DNA of 37,043 bases, taken from NCBI GenBank assembly GCA_964407125.1, contig CAYOUP010000001.1, positions 1 to 37,043 of the forward strand. The letters run 5' to 3'. This document shows, piece by piece, positions 10,914-18,923 of this stretch (its first letter is position 1; each line of letters opens with the position of its first letter). Below the pieces are notes generated by a model, which was not told the DNA's origin, made no database searches, and was given only the letters and a program-made list of their open reading frames with translations. A program made the translations under genes and the position numbers. This DNA is from an uncultured Hyphomicrobiaceae bacterium (GTDB lineage Bacteria; Pseudomonadota; Alphaproteobacteria; Rhizobiales; Rhodomicrobiaceae).

Positions 10914-11492
10914 TCAGTGCGACGTAGGGAAAGCGGAGGATACTCCATCGGGTTTTAACTCAGCCGCCATAAGACCTTTCGAGCCATGTCCAAAACGGAC
11001 ATGAACGATCTGGCCGGGACGCAGTTCCGCAAAACCGAAACGGCGAAGCGTTTCCATATGAACAAAGATATCTTCCGTTCCCTCGCCCCTGGTCAGGAAG
11101 CCGAATCCCTTGATCCGGTTGAACCATTTTACCATGGCGCGCTCCCAATCGCTTTCCGCCGTCACGGTGACATGTGTGCGTTGGGGAAGCTGGGACGGAT
11201 GAACCGCAGTGCTTTCATCCATGCCGAGAACGCGGAAAGCCTGAAGGCCGCGATCCCGCTCTGTGACTTCACAAACGATGCGCGCACCCTCATACGCAGT
11301 CTGATATCCGTCGCGGCGTAGAACCGTTACGTGAAGCAGAATGTCCGGCATGCCATTATCAGGAATGATAAAACCATAACCCTTGGACGCATCGAACCAC
11401 TTGATCTGACCGGCAACGACTGTGACGTCGACGCCCGCCTGCTCGGATGTCTCTCCGAGCGAAGAGACAACTGGAGGTAATTTGTCCCCCAT
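10914..11492 (-). CDS. cold-shock protein with two tandem cold-shock domains
   Basis: 192 aa with two CSDs: [28 protein letters not shown] and [27 protein letters not shown]. Both carry RNP1-like KGYGFI / KGFGFL motifs. Confidence 0.92.
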   Translation of the reverse strand: MGDKLPPVVSSLGETSEQAGVDVTVVAGQIKWFDASKGYGFIIPDNGMPDILLHVTVLRRDGYQTAYEGARIVCEVTERDRGLQAFRVLGMDESTAVHPSQLPQRTHVTVTAESDWERAMVKWFNRIKGFGFLTRGEGTEDIFVHMETLRRFGFAELRPGQIVHVRFGHGSKGLMAAELKPDGVSSAFPTSH

Positions 11493-11530
11493 TTTGAAAT
11501 CCCCCGCTTTTACTTAAACGTTGTACCAAA

Positions 11531-11570
11531 TTGCTTGATCAGGTCTTCCGCCAAGACCTGATCTTTGCAA
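11531..11570 (-). promoter_or_regulatory. extended hairpin in the presumed 5' leader of the cold-shock gene
   Basis: TTGC-tt-GATCAGGTCTT-ccgcc-AAGACCTGATC-ttt-GCAA. This is a perfect 11-bp stem plus a 4-bp outer stem, 39-78 nt upstream of the csp ATG. On the minus strand it is followed by TTTGG. Confidence 0.4.
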
Positions 11571-12051
11571 AACGTTGTTGGACCATACCATCCGCCGCCG
11601 AGCTTACCAGCGAAATTTCCGCCGGGTTGGATAAGTCGGCCGCCATGTCGCTGGCAACACCGTGTAACGGCCTGCCTTGAATGAAAATAACTCATTGATT
11701 TCTTTTCTTTTTTATTTCATTTCGAGCATCCGGCCGTAACGTAAAATTGCATTCCACACGCATTAATACGTACCGGATGATTTCTTATACAACCCGCAGG
11801 CGAGCCGCCAAACCTCGTTTTTTGGCGAATCACAGACTACGAACAACTGATTCTCTGTCTTTGCAGACTTCCCCTCACAGGAGGGGATTCATAATTGTGG
11901 CTGGATCTGGCGAAAATGTGGTCCTCTGCCTCTTTCCACCACTTTGCCAAAAGGCTGGGGATTGAATAAATTTGTGAATTGAAAACCGCATTGCTCTCGG
12001 TGCAGCCGCATGGGTAAAGTCCCGGGAGACGAAACTTGCCAAGAGGCGCTC

Positions 12052-12471
12052 ATGAAATATCTGCACACGATGGTCCGCATCACCGATATCGACCAGTCGC
12101 TTGACTTTTACTGCAATAAGCTCGGGCTCGTCGAACAGCGCCGGATCGAAAATGAAAAGGGGCGTTACACGCTCATCTTTCTGGCCGCGCCGGGCGATGA
12201 AAGCGCCCAGGTCGAACTCACCTATAATTGGGACCCGGAAGTCTATACGCCCGGACGCAATTTCGGCCATCTCGCCTATCGGGTGAAGAATATCTACCAG
12301 ACCTGCCAGAAGCTGATGGATGGCGGCGTCACGATCAACCGCCCGCCGCGCGATGGCCACATGGCATTCGTGCGCTCGCCCGACAAGATCTCGATCGAGA
12401 TCCTGCAGGAAGGCGACGCGCTGCCGCCGCAGGAGCCTTGGGCGTCCATGCCCAATACCGGCGAATGGTAA
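12052..12471 (+). CDS. gloA: lactoylglutathione lyase (glyoxalase I), VOC family
   Basis: [26 protein letters not shown]...VELTYNW...GHLAYRV...ISIEILQ aligns by eye with E. coli GloA ([20 protein letters not shown]...IELTYNW...GHIAL). AAGAGG lies 5 nt upstream of ATG 12052. The track ORF begins 14 codons earlier, at 12010. Confidence 0.85.
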   Translation: MKYLHTMVRITDIDQSLDFYCNKLGLVEQRRIENEKGRYTLIFLAAPGDESAQVELTYNWDPEVYTPGRNFGHLAYRVKNIYQTCQKLMDGGVTINRPPRDGHMAFVRSPDKISIEILQEGDALPPQEPWASMPNTGEW

Positions 12472-12713
12472 AATCTGCCCTGGAACTCTAACCGGAGGCG
12501 GCGGCGAGGGAACATCCGTCTTTATGCCGCCGCCCCGCCTCATTCTCGCCGCAAGGCGTGACCTCAATTCCGCGATCTTCCAAAACCGGCGTCAAGCGGT
12601 TTGAAAACGCTTGAAAGCTGGCCGGAAAATGTGCACCTGCCAGTTGCGGGACGCTAGGGGGCAGTCCCCGCAATCTGCATCCGACCTATTGTGCTTACAT
12701 CAGGATTATCAAA

Positions 12714-13295
12714 GTGCCGCGTTTGCCCATCATGCTGAAAGCTCTTCTGACTTCTCTAGCTCTCGTAGCAGCTCTTACTTTCACAAATCCTGCGCAGGCG
12801 TTGGAATGGGCCCTGAACAAGGGCGAGAGCCGGATCACTTTCGAGATGGTTGCGGCGGACGGATCGCTGACCGGCCAGTTCGATCAGTTCGAGGCCGAAA
12901 TCCGTTTCGATCCGGACTATCTGGATATTACCGAGATCAGCGCCGCCGTTGATATGAACACCGTCTCAACCGGCAATCCGTCCTATGACGATATGCTGCG
13001 CAGTCCGCAATGGTTCGACACGCAGACCTATCCCGCCGCCGGTTTTACGGCGACCGCGCTGCAAGAAAGTGCGGCGGACGGCCAATATGCGCTTCAGGGC
13101 AATCTCACCATCCGCGGCGTTTCTGCGCCCATCTCCATTCCCGTGACCATTCGGATCGAGCGAGGCGATGCACACGTGACCGGAGAAACGGCCATTGACC
13201 GGCAGTCATTCGGGCTCGGTGCAGACGCACAGGGTGCACCCGGCGATATCGTGATCATCCGTCTCGATCTTCTGGCAACCCATCTCGATAACTGA
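12714..13295 (+). CDS. YceI family periplasmic protein
   Basis: Signal peptide MLKALLTSLALVAALTFTNPAQA, then the YceI pattern W.L....S.I.F......G...G.F..F...I.FDP, then GNLTIRGVSAPISIPV and DRQSFGLG. The start is GTG 12714 or ATG 12732. Confidence 0.85.
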   Translation: MPRLPIMLKALLTSLALVAALTFTNPAQALEWALNKGESRITFEMVAADGSLTGQFDQFEAEIRFDPDYLDITEISAAVDMNTVSTGNPSYDDMLRSPQWFDTQTYPAAGFTATALQESAADGQYALQGNLTIRGVSAPISIPVTIRIERGDAHVTGETAIDRQSFGLGADAQGAPGDIVIIRLDLLATHLDN

Positions 13296-13444
13296 ACCGG
13301 CTGAATTGACGTCATGCACCGGGTCATATCGTTTGATTTTAATCCTTTTTTAATAAAACGGGAGACGTTGCCACGCCTTCGTCCCATAATGAGAGTGCTA
13401 TCAGACAACGAATTTCGGGATGATTTCGGCTCTGAGGGTTTTGC

Positions 13445-13933
13445 GTGTTTGAGTGGATTGAAAAACTGTTCGCATCGCTCATCGTTCTTGTGATGCTGTT
13501 CATATTGCTACTAGTGGCATTTCCCGATCGCCTGTCGAATATATTCGGCCCGGCGCGGGAAAACACGGCTGAGCGGCAGGACCAGGATCTGACCGGGCCG
13601 ACTGCTTTGCCCAAAGGCGATGTGAAACCGCAGAAGATGGTGGGACGCCTGGCCGACAGCTCCGATAATCAGAAAGCGCTCTATCGTTACCTATACCGCA
13701 ATACGCCGCCCCCAAGTGAAGCGCGGGCGGAACAAAGGGGCTATGTCATGACCCGTCGCGCGGTCTATCGAAAGCCGGAATACCCGACTTACTATACGCG
13801 GCGCTATGAATATGAACCGCGATATTCCTCAGCCCCGGAAGGCTGCACGCTTGGGTCTTGCCTGTGCAATTGCAAAAAGCCTTACTGGGCGAGCGCGGAT
13901 TGGTATGATGACGCCGAATGCTGGTCCGATTGA
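13445..13933 (+). CDS. hypothetical membrane-anchored protein with a Tyr/Arg-rich region and a Cys-rich C-terminus
   Basis: 162 aa with a GTG start. It has an N-terminal TM helix (LFASLIVLVMLFILLLVAF), a Y/R/P-rich middle (YRKPEYPTYYTRRYEYEPRY), and a C-terminal CTLGSCLCNCKKPYWASADWYDDAECW. The codon pattern looks coding. I do not recognise a family. Confidence 0.55.
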   Translation: MFEWIEKLFASLIVLVMLFILLLVAFPDRLSNIFGPARENTAERQDQDLTGPTALPKGDVKPQKMVGRLADSSDNQKALYRYLYRNTPPPSEARAEQRGYVMTRRAVYRKPEYPTYYTRRYEYEPRYSSAPEGCTLGSCLCNCKKPYWASADWYDDAECWSD

Positions 13934-14140
13934 CGGCGGTTGGCGAACATTGGACACGGAATTCGTGGCCGCGCCATTAATCGCTGCGAAAACAGCTTAA
14001 CACACAAAGTGCCATACCCGCGAAGGCGGTTATCCAGCAAGTTCTTGATATATACGGATTGCTGCCCGCGCGGGAATGACAGATGTCAGTATTTGCGGAA
14101 ATCGCCATTTGAATGAATTGGAGGCGGGGCAAGCGGCGGC

Positions 14141-15634
14141 TTACCTTACACGCCGCGTCGGAATGAGCATGAAAGCCGGAACATGATCGCCCATGCCGAC
14201 GACCGCGGGTTCTTCCTTTTCCCGGCGGCGCGGCTGGTTCTTGCGCGGTGCCGTCCTGTCGCCGCTCTTTGATCCCGCCCCATTCGATATTGGCGGCGCG
14301 GATACGACTTCGGCAAGAGGCTCACTATTCTCCGCACTGACTATCGCAGGCTTGTCATTCGTCTTGCCGCCTGCAGAAGCGCGCTTCCCGTTCGCCTTGG
14401 CAGCCGGCGCCTCGCGCCGGGAGGTCTTCTTGCCGCTTTCCGCACCTTGTTTAGCGCCTCTTCCGCGCCTTCCCCGGCTCTTGCGGGCTTCCTGAATGTC
14501 CTCTTCGCCCGGTTCGCCGCCGAGCCAATCGATTTTCTGTTTGCACAGCTTCTCGATGGCGTGGATAGCGTCCATGTCCCTTGCGGTGACGAGCGTCGCT
14601 GCATAGCCATCCCGCCCCGCGCGCCCCGTCCTGCCGATGCGGTGGACATAATCCTCCGGCGTGATCGGCACGTCGAAATTAAAGATATGGCTGACTTCGG
14701 GAATATCGAGACCGCGCGCGGCGACATCGCTGGCCGCGAGATAGGCTATCTCGCCACTTCGGAAGCCGTTGAGCGTCGCAGTGCGCTCGGACTGGTCCAT
14801 ATCGCCATGCAGCGCGCCCGCATTATAGCCGTGCTTGATCAGCGAGCGATGAAGGACAGCGACATCACGTTTGCGATTACAGAAAATGATCGCGTTTTTG
14901 ACATTGCCGAATTCCTCAATCAGATCGCGCAGCGTCTGACGCTTTTCGGACGGCTCAGAGGGCGTGAATTTCAGCTTTTGAATAATGGTCGTGGCGGCTG
15001 TGCTTGGCGGGCTGACTTCGATTTGGACAGGATCCTTAAGGAAGCGGTCGGCGAGTTTCTTCACTTCCTTGGGCATGGTCGCCGAGAAGAAAAGCGTCTG
15101 GCGCAACGGCGGTAGCATATCGAGAATGCGCTCGATGTCAGGAATGAAGCCCATATCGAGCATGCGATCAGCTTCGTCGATAACGAGAATCTGCACGCCG
15201 TTCATGAGAATCTTGCCGCGCCCATAATGATCGAGCAGGCGGCCCGGCGTCGCGATGAGCACGTCCGCCCCGCGATCGAGCACGCGATACTGCTCATCAA
15301 AGGACACGCCGCCGATCAGCAGCGCAACATTGAGCTTGTGATTGACGCCGAGCTGGGCGAAGCCCTCTGCCACCTGCGCAGCAAGTTCCCGCGTCGGCTC
15401 AAGGATCAGCGTGCGCGGCATTCTTGCGCGGGCGCGTCCCGTTTCCAGCCGCGTCAGCATCGGCAGAATGAAGGAGGCCGTTTTGCCCGTTCCCGTCTGC
15501 GCTATGCCGACAACATCGTTGCCTTCAATCGCAGCAGGAATGGCCTGTGCCTGAATAGGTGTCGGTACCGTAAAGCCAGCAGCCGTTACAGCGTCCAGAG
15601 TCTTTTGACTGAGGCCAAATTTATCGAATGTCAT
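14141..15634 (-). CDS. rhlE: DEAD-box ATP-dependent RNA helicase (RhlE-like) with a basic C-terminal tail
   Basis: Q-motif F..GL...L......G...PTPIQ, motif I AQTGTGKT, motif II VIDEADRMLDMGF, motif III SAT, HRIGRTGRAG, and a Lys/Arg/Gly-rich tail. Confidence 0.93.
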   Translation of the reverse strand: MTFDKFGLSQKTLDAVTAAGFTVPTPIQAQAIPAAIEGNDVVGIAQTGTGKTASFILPMLTRLETGRARARMPRTLILEPTRELAAQVAEGFAQLGVNHKLNVALLIGGVSFDEQYRVLDRGADVLIATPGRLLDHYGRGKILMNGVQILVIDEADRMLDMGFIPDIERILDMLPPLRQTLFFSATMPKEVKKLADRFLKDPVQIEVSPPSTAATTIIQKLKFTPSEPSEKRQTLRDLIEEFGNVKNAIIFCNRKRDVAVLHRSLIKHGYNAGALHGDMDQSERTATLNGFRSGEIAYLAASDVAARGLDIPEVSHIFNFDVPITPEDYVHRIGRTGRAGRDGYAATLVTARDMDAIHAIEKLCKQKIDWLGGEPGEEDIQEARKSRGRRGRGAKQGAESGKKTSRREAPAAKANGKRASAGGKTNDKPAIVSAENSEPLAEVVSAPPISNGAGSKSGDRTAPRKNQPRRREKEEPAVVGMGDHVPAFMLIPTRRVR

Positions 15635-15981
15635 ATCCGCATGTCTGCAGATTCAAACCGCAGACTTTTCGAAGGTTGTGTGACAATGCGCTATTGCGGG
15701 CTTAGTATCCGGAGCCGACATTAAAATGCGTGCCCGGTATGTCAAACACTGTCCCGCTGATAATCACGCGTTATATCGTGGATGATGCAATTAAACAACG
15801 CGGCAAGATGCGCGCAGTCCCATCCTTAAACGAAAGTGACTGACGTAATCCATCCGCATTGACAGCAACTGTGATGGAATAGTCGTGTATGCCATTCCGT
15901 TCTTACCCTGTGATATAACGCATTGCCGGGAAAATTCAACGCAGTATTCGTCATCTCAGCCATAAATAGGAAAGAAACGGC

Positions 15982-16058
15982 TTGGCGATATGGCTCGCCG
16001 GGAGCAGAGCCATAACTGCTTTCACCCGGAGCGCGTCGAAACGCCGCCATATCGCCAA
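15982..16058 (-). terminator. 77-nt nested inverted repeat downstream of the metal ABC operon; probable elaborate intrinsic terminator
   Basis: A perfect 13-bp outer stem, TTGGCGATATGGC (15982-15994) / GCCATATCGCCAA (16046-16058), encloses two inner hairpins: CCGGG.GCAG...CTGC.....CCCGG (15998-16029) and GCGT-cgaa-ACGC (16033-16044). On the minus strand the structure is followed by CCGTTTCTTTCCTATTTAT. It lies 48 nt past the stop of the substrate-binding-protein gene. Confidence 0.5.
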
Positions 16059-16105
16059 CGCGCAGATCACGGCACCTCTGGCAAAGAACGCCAGATCCGG
16101 AGGGC

Positions 16106-17080
16106 TTAGCTGCCGGTCAGTGCGCTGAGCAATTGCGAAGCGTTATATTCGAACATCGAGACATAATCAGGCGCGGGGCCGTTCTCGCCGGACAAGGCAT
16201 CCGAATAGAGCCGGCCGCCAATTTCCGCATCGGTCTCCCTTGCGATCTGGCGGATGAGGCGCTCATCGGAAATATTCTCAACAAACACAGCGGCAAGCTT
16301 TTCTGCACGGATCTGGTCGATAATTCTGGCGACATCCCTCGCCGAGGCTTCGGATTCCGTGCTGACGCCTTCAGGTGCAAGAAAGGCTATGCCGTAGGCT
16401 TGGCCGAAATAGCCGAAGGCGTCATGGGAGGTGACGATCTTGCGGCGCGAGGCAGGTATGGCGGCGAAATCAGCTTTCAGCTTTTCATGAAGGGCGCTCA
16501 GCCGGGAACTATAAGCCGCAGCCCGCGCCTGATACGTCTCGGCATGATCGGGATCGGCCTTGGCAAGCGCATCAGCGATGTTGCGCACATAGATCACGCC
16601 ATTGGCCAGATCCTGCCAGGCATGGGGATCGAATGCGCCGTGGTGATGTTTACCATCTTCGCGGGGCTGGCCTTCCGTATGCACGTCGTCAGCATGATGT
16701 TCGTCTTCGGCTCCCTCCCCTTGCAGCGGCACGATGCCATCGCTCGCTGTAATCTGTATCCCGCCGAAACCGGACGCCTCGACAAGGCGCGGCAACCATC
16801 CCTCCAGGCCAAGCCCGTTAAAGATCAGCAATCTGGCATCCGCAAGCGTCCGCACATCGGCCGGGCTTGGCTCATAGAGATGGACATCGCCATCCGGGCC
16901 GACCAGCGTGACGACATCGACATTCTCGCCTCCGACCTGCCGGGCCAAATCGCCAAGAATGGAAAAACTCGCAACAACCGTAATCCTGTCCGCCGCAAAG
17001 GCCGGCCCATGCAGTCCAACTATTATGGTCAGACCAATAGCGGCTCGCATGAATGCCCTGCGTATCATCGTAATCATCAC
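16106..17080 (-). CDS. metal (zinc-type) ABC transporter substrate-binding protein, cluster A-I (ZnuA/TroA-like) with a His-rich loop
   Basis: Signal peptide, then candidate metal-ligand contexts DVHLYEPSP, FDPHAW, VTSHDAFGYF and LYSDAL. An acidic/His-rich insert, EDEHHADDVHTEGQPREDGKHHHG, is characteristic of zinc-specific members. Confidence 0.88.
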   Translation of the reverse strand: MMITMIRRAFMRAAIGLTIIVGLHGPAFAADRITVVASFSILGDLARQVGGENVDVVTLVGPDGDVHLYEPSPADVRTLADARLLIFNGLGLEGWLPRLVEASGFGGIQITASDGIVPLQGEGAEDEHHADDVHTEGQPREDGKHHHGAFDPHAWQDLANGVIYVRNIADALAKADPDHAETYQARAAAYSSRLSALHEKLKADFAAIPASRRKIVTSHDAFGYFGQAYGIAFLAPEGVSTESEASARDVARIIDQIRAEKLAAVFVENISDERLIRQIARETDAEIGGRLYSDALSGENGPAPDYVSMFEYNASQLLSALTGS

Positions 17081-17087
17081 CTCTTTT

Positions 17088-17960
17088 TCAGCGTTGCAAA
17101 TGCGGGAGATGCAAGGCCTGCGAAATAATGCTGCCCTTCGTTCCGAACAGAACGGACGCCGCGTAAATTAGCCCCGCGCCGATGATGATTGCCGGCGATG
17201 TGGGCACATCGGCATGATAGGAAACCAGAAGCCCGCCAAAGGACGCCACGACGGCGAACAGGCAGGCCATCCCGATTTGCCCCGGAATGGTCTCTGACCA
17301 GAAGCGCGCGGCAGCGGCTGGCAGGATCATGATCCCGACCACCATCAGCGTGCCGAGCGCCTGAAACCCGCCGACCAGATTGAGCACCACCAGCGCCAGA
17401 AAAACCAGATGGACGAACGCTCCACCGCCGCCGACGGACTGCAAAAACCCTGGATTGAAACACTCCGCGATCAGCAGCCGGTACATCACCGCCAGGGCGT
17501 TGATCGTAATCGTCGTGACGACGGCAATCAGCAGAATCGCGGCATTGTCAAGCGCCAGCACGGTCCCGAACAGAACATGGATCAGATCGACATTCGAGCC
17601 GCGGATCGATACGAGCAGCACGCCGAGGCCCAGCGAAACGAGATAGAAAGCGGCAAAGCTGGCGTCTTCCCGCAACGGCGTCAGCCGCGAGACGACACCG
17701 GCCAGCAGCGCCACGATCAGCCCCGCCAGGACACCGCCGATCGCCATCGCGCTGAGCGACAACCCCGATATCAGAAAGCCGATCGCCGCGCCGGGCAAGA
17801 TGGCGTGCGCCATGACATCGCCCATCAAACTCATGCGCCGGATGATCAGGATCACGCCAAGCGGCGGCCCCCCGAGGCTGAGCGCAATACAGCCGACCAG
17901 CGCGCGGGTCATGAAGCCGTATTGGGTGAACGGCTCTATGACGGCTTCGTAGGGACTCAT
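17088..17960 (-). CDS. metal ABC transporter permease (ZnuB/TroC-type)
   Basis: 290 aa with about 8 hydrophobic helices. Its start overlaps the upstream ATPase stop by 4 nt, and it ends 7 nt before the substrate-binding-protein gene. Confidence 0.9.
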   Translation of the reverse strand: MSPYEAVIEPFTQYGFMTRALVGCIALSLGGPPLGVILIIRRMSLMGDVMAHAILPGAAIGFLISGLSLSAMAIGGVLAGLIVALLAGVVSRLTPLREDASFAAFYLVSLGLGVLLVSIRGSNVDLIHVLFGTVLALDNAAILLIAVVTTITINALAVMYRLLIAECFNPGFLQSVGGGGAFVHLVFLALVVLNLVGGFQALGTLMVVGIMILPAAAARFWSETIPGQIGMACLFAVVASFGGLLVSYHADVPTSPAIIIGAGLIYAASVLFGTKGSIISQALHLPHLQR

Positions 17961-18739
17961 GCGATCTGCCTGTCGCAGAGCGGCGCATTGTCCTCAAACG
18001 CTTCGCTCATCCACCGCGATTTGAGCAGATTCTCCGGGGTAAGAACCTCAAGGGTCGGACCCCATGCGATTTTTTCACGCGCCAGAAGCAGCGTATTGGG
18101 GATGTGCTGCCTGACAATATGCAGATCGTGGAGAACGGCGACGATCATCCGGCCTTCGCCATGCCAGCGCTCAACGAGATCGAGCAGGTCGGCCGTGGTG
18201 CGCGCGTCGATCGCCGTGAAAGGCTCGTCGAGCAGCAGGACCTTGGCATCCTGCAGCAGCATTCTGGCGAACAGCGCCCTTTGAAGCTGGCCGCCGGACA
18301 GCGTGCCTATCATGCGCGTCTCGAACCCCCGGAGGCCGACAGCACTCAGGGCGTCCGAAGCGCGGACCAGATCCTCCCTGCCGACATGGGCGAACGCACC
18401 GGTCCTGCGCCAAAGGCCGAGGGCAACCAGATCCAGCACCTGTATCGGGAATGCACGGTCGAGTTCATTCTGCTGGGGAAGATAGGCGATATCGCGCCGG
18501 TCGATCCCGTCAATGCGGATTTCACCGTGATTGACCGGCAGATTGCCCATTATGCCTTTCAAGAGGGTGGACTTGCCGGCTCCGTTCGGGCCCACGATCG
18601 CCGTGAAAGAGCCCGGCTCGAACGTGCCCGTGAGGTGATGCACCGCCGGATGCCGCCTATAGGACAGGGTGAGATCGCAGAGCCTGATTGCCGGGGCTGT
18701 CATGGCTTCACCACCAGCCCACCACTGCGCCAACGGCAA
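17957..18739 (-). CDS. metal ABC transporter ATP-binding protein (ZnuC/TroB-type)
   Basis: Walker A GPNGAGKST, Q-loop, signature LSGGQLQR, Walker B LLLDEPF and an H-loop. The likely true start is MTAPAIRL at 18703; the longest ORF starts at 18739. Confidence 0.9.
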   Translation of the reverse strand: MPLAQWWAGGEAMTAPAIRLCDLTLSYRRHPAVHHLTGTFEPGSFTAIVGPNGAGKSTLLKGIMGNLPVNHGEIRIDGIDRRDIAYLPQQNELDRAFPIQVLDLVALGLWRRTGAFAHVGREDLVRASDALSAVGLRGFETRMIGTLSGGQLQRALFARMLLQDAKVLLLDEPFTAIDARTTADLLDLVERWHGEGRMIVAVLHDLHIVRQHIPNTLLLAREKIAWGPTLEVLTPENLLKSRWMSEAFEDNAPLCDRQIA

Positions 18740-18874
18740 GCCAGAGCAGAACCGAAAGCCCGCCGGTCAGGGCGAGCCTTTGCAGTGCTGACGACTGAAG
18801 CGCCGTTGAGGCTTTGAAAAACATGCCAGAAACCCGCCCGCGCCTCACCCGGAGATGAAGCGCGCCGAAATGGT

Positions 18875-18889
18875 ATAATGTAACATTAT
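18875..18889. promoter_or_regulatory. perfect 7-1-7 palindrome; candidate Fur-family (Zur-like) operator upstream of the metal ABC operon
   Basis: ATAATGT-A-ACATTAT is a perfect 15-bp palindrome, 136-172 nt upstream of the candidate ATPase starts. Its TAATGT/ACATTA half-sites resemble Zur-type boxes. A related TGTnACA core (ATTGTTACACT) occurs at 18928-18938. Confidence 0.4.
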
Positions 18890-18923
18890 TTGCCCGAGAA
18901 AATGCGAGGGCGCAAGGGGTTTG

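Noticed and set aside
10889-10948. Longer start for the DUF192 gene that overlaps the csp stop by 35 nt
   Set aside because: The internal ATG at 10888 begins directly with a classical signal peptide and removes the overlap.
11510-11695. 61-aa ORF immediately upstream of the cold-shock gene
   Set aside because: It has no convincing SD. It runs through a perfect palindromic hairpin that is better explained as RNA structure, and its composition is unremarkable. I kept it only as a remote leader-peptide possibility under the intergenic finding.
11875-12567. 230-aa minus-strand ORF spanning gloA
   Set aside because: It runs antisense to a gene with clear glyoxalase I motifs and an RBS. It has no motifs of its own.
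15826-16050. 74-aa minus-strand ORF in the helicase/ABC intergenic region
   Set aside because: It overlaps the nested inverted repeat and the U-rich tract that look like the ABC operon terminator. It has no RBS or motifs.
16133-17128. 331-aa plus-strand ORF opposite the metal-binding protein gene
   Set aside because: Shadow ORF antisense to a well-supported ZnuA/TroA-like gene, with no recognisable domain.
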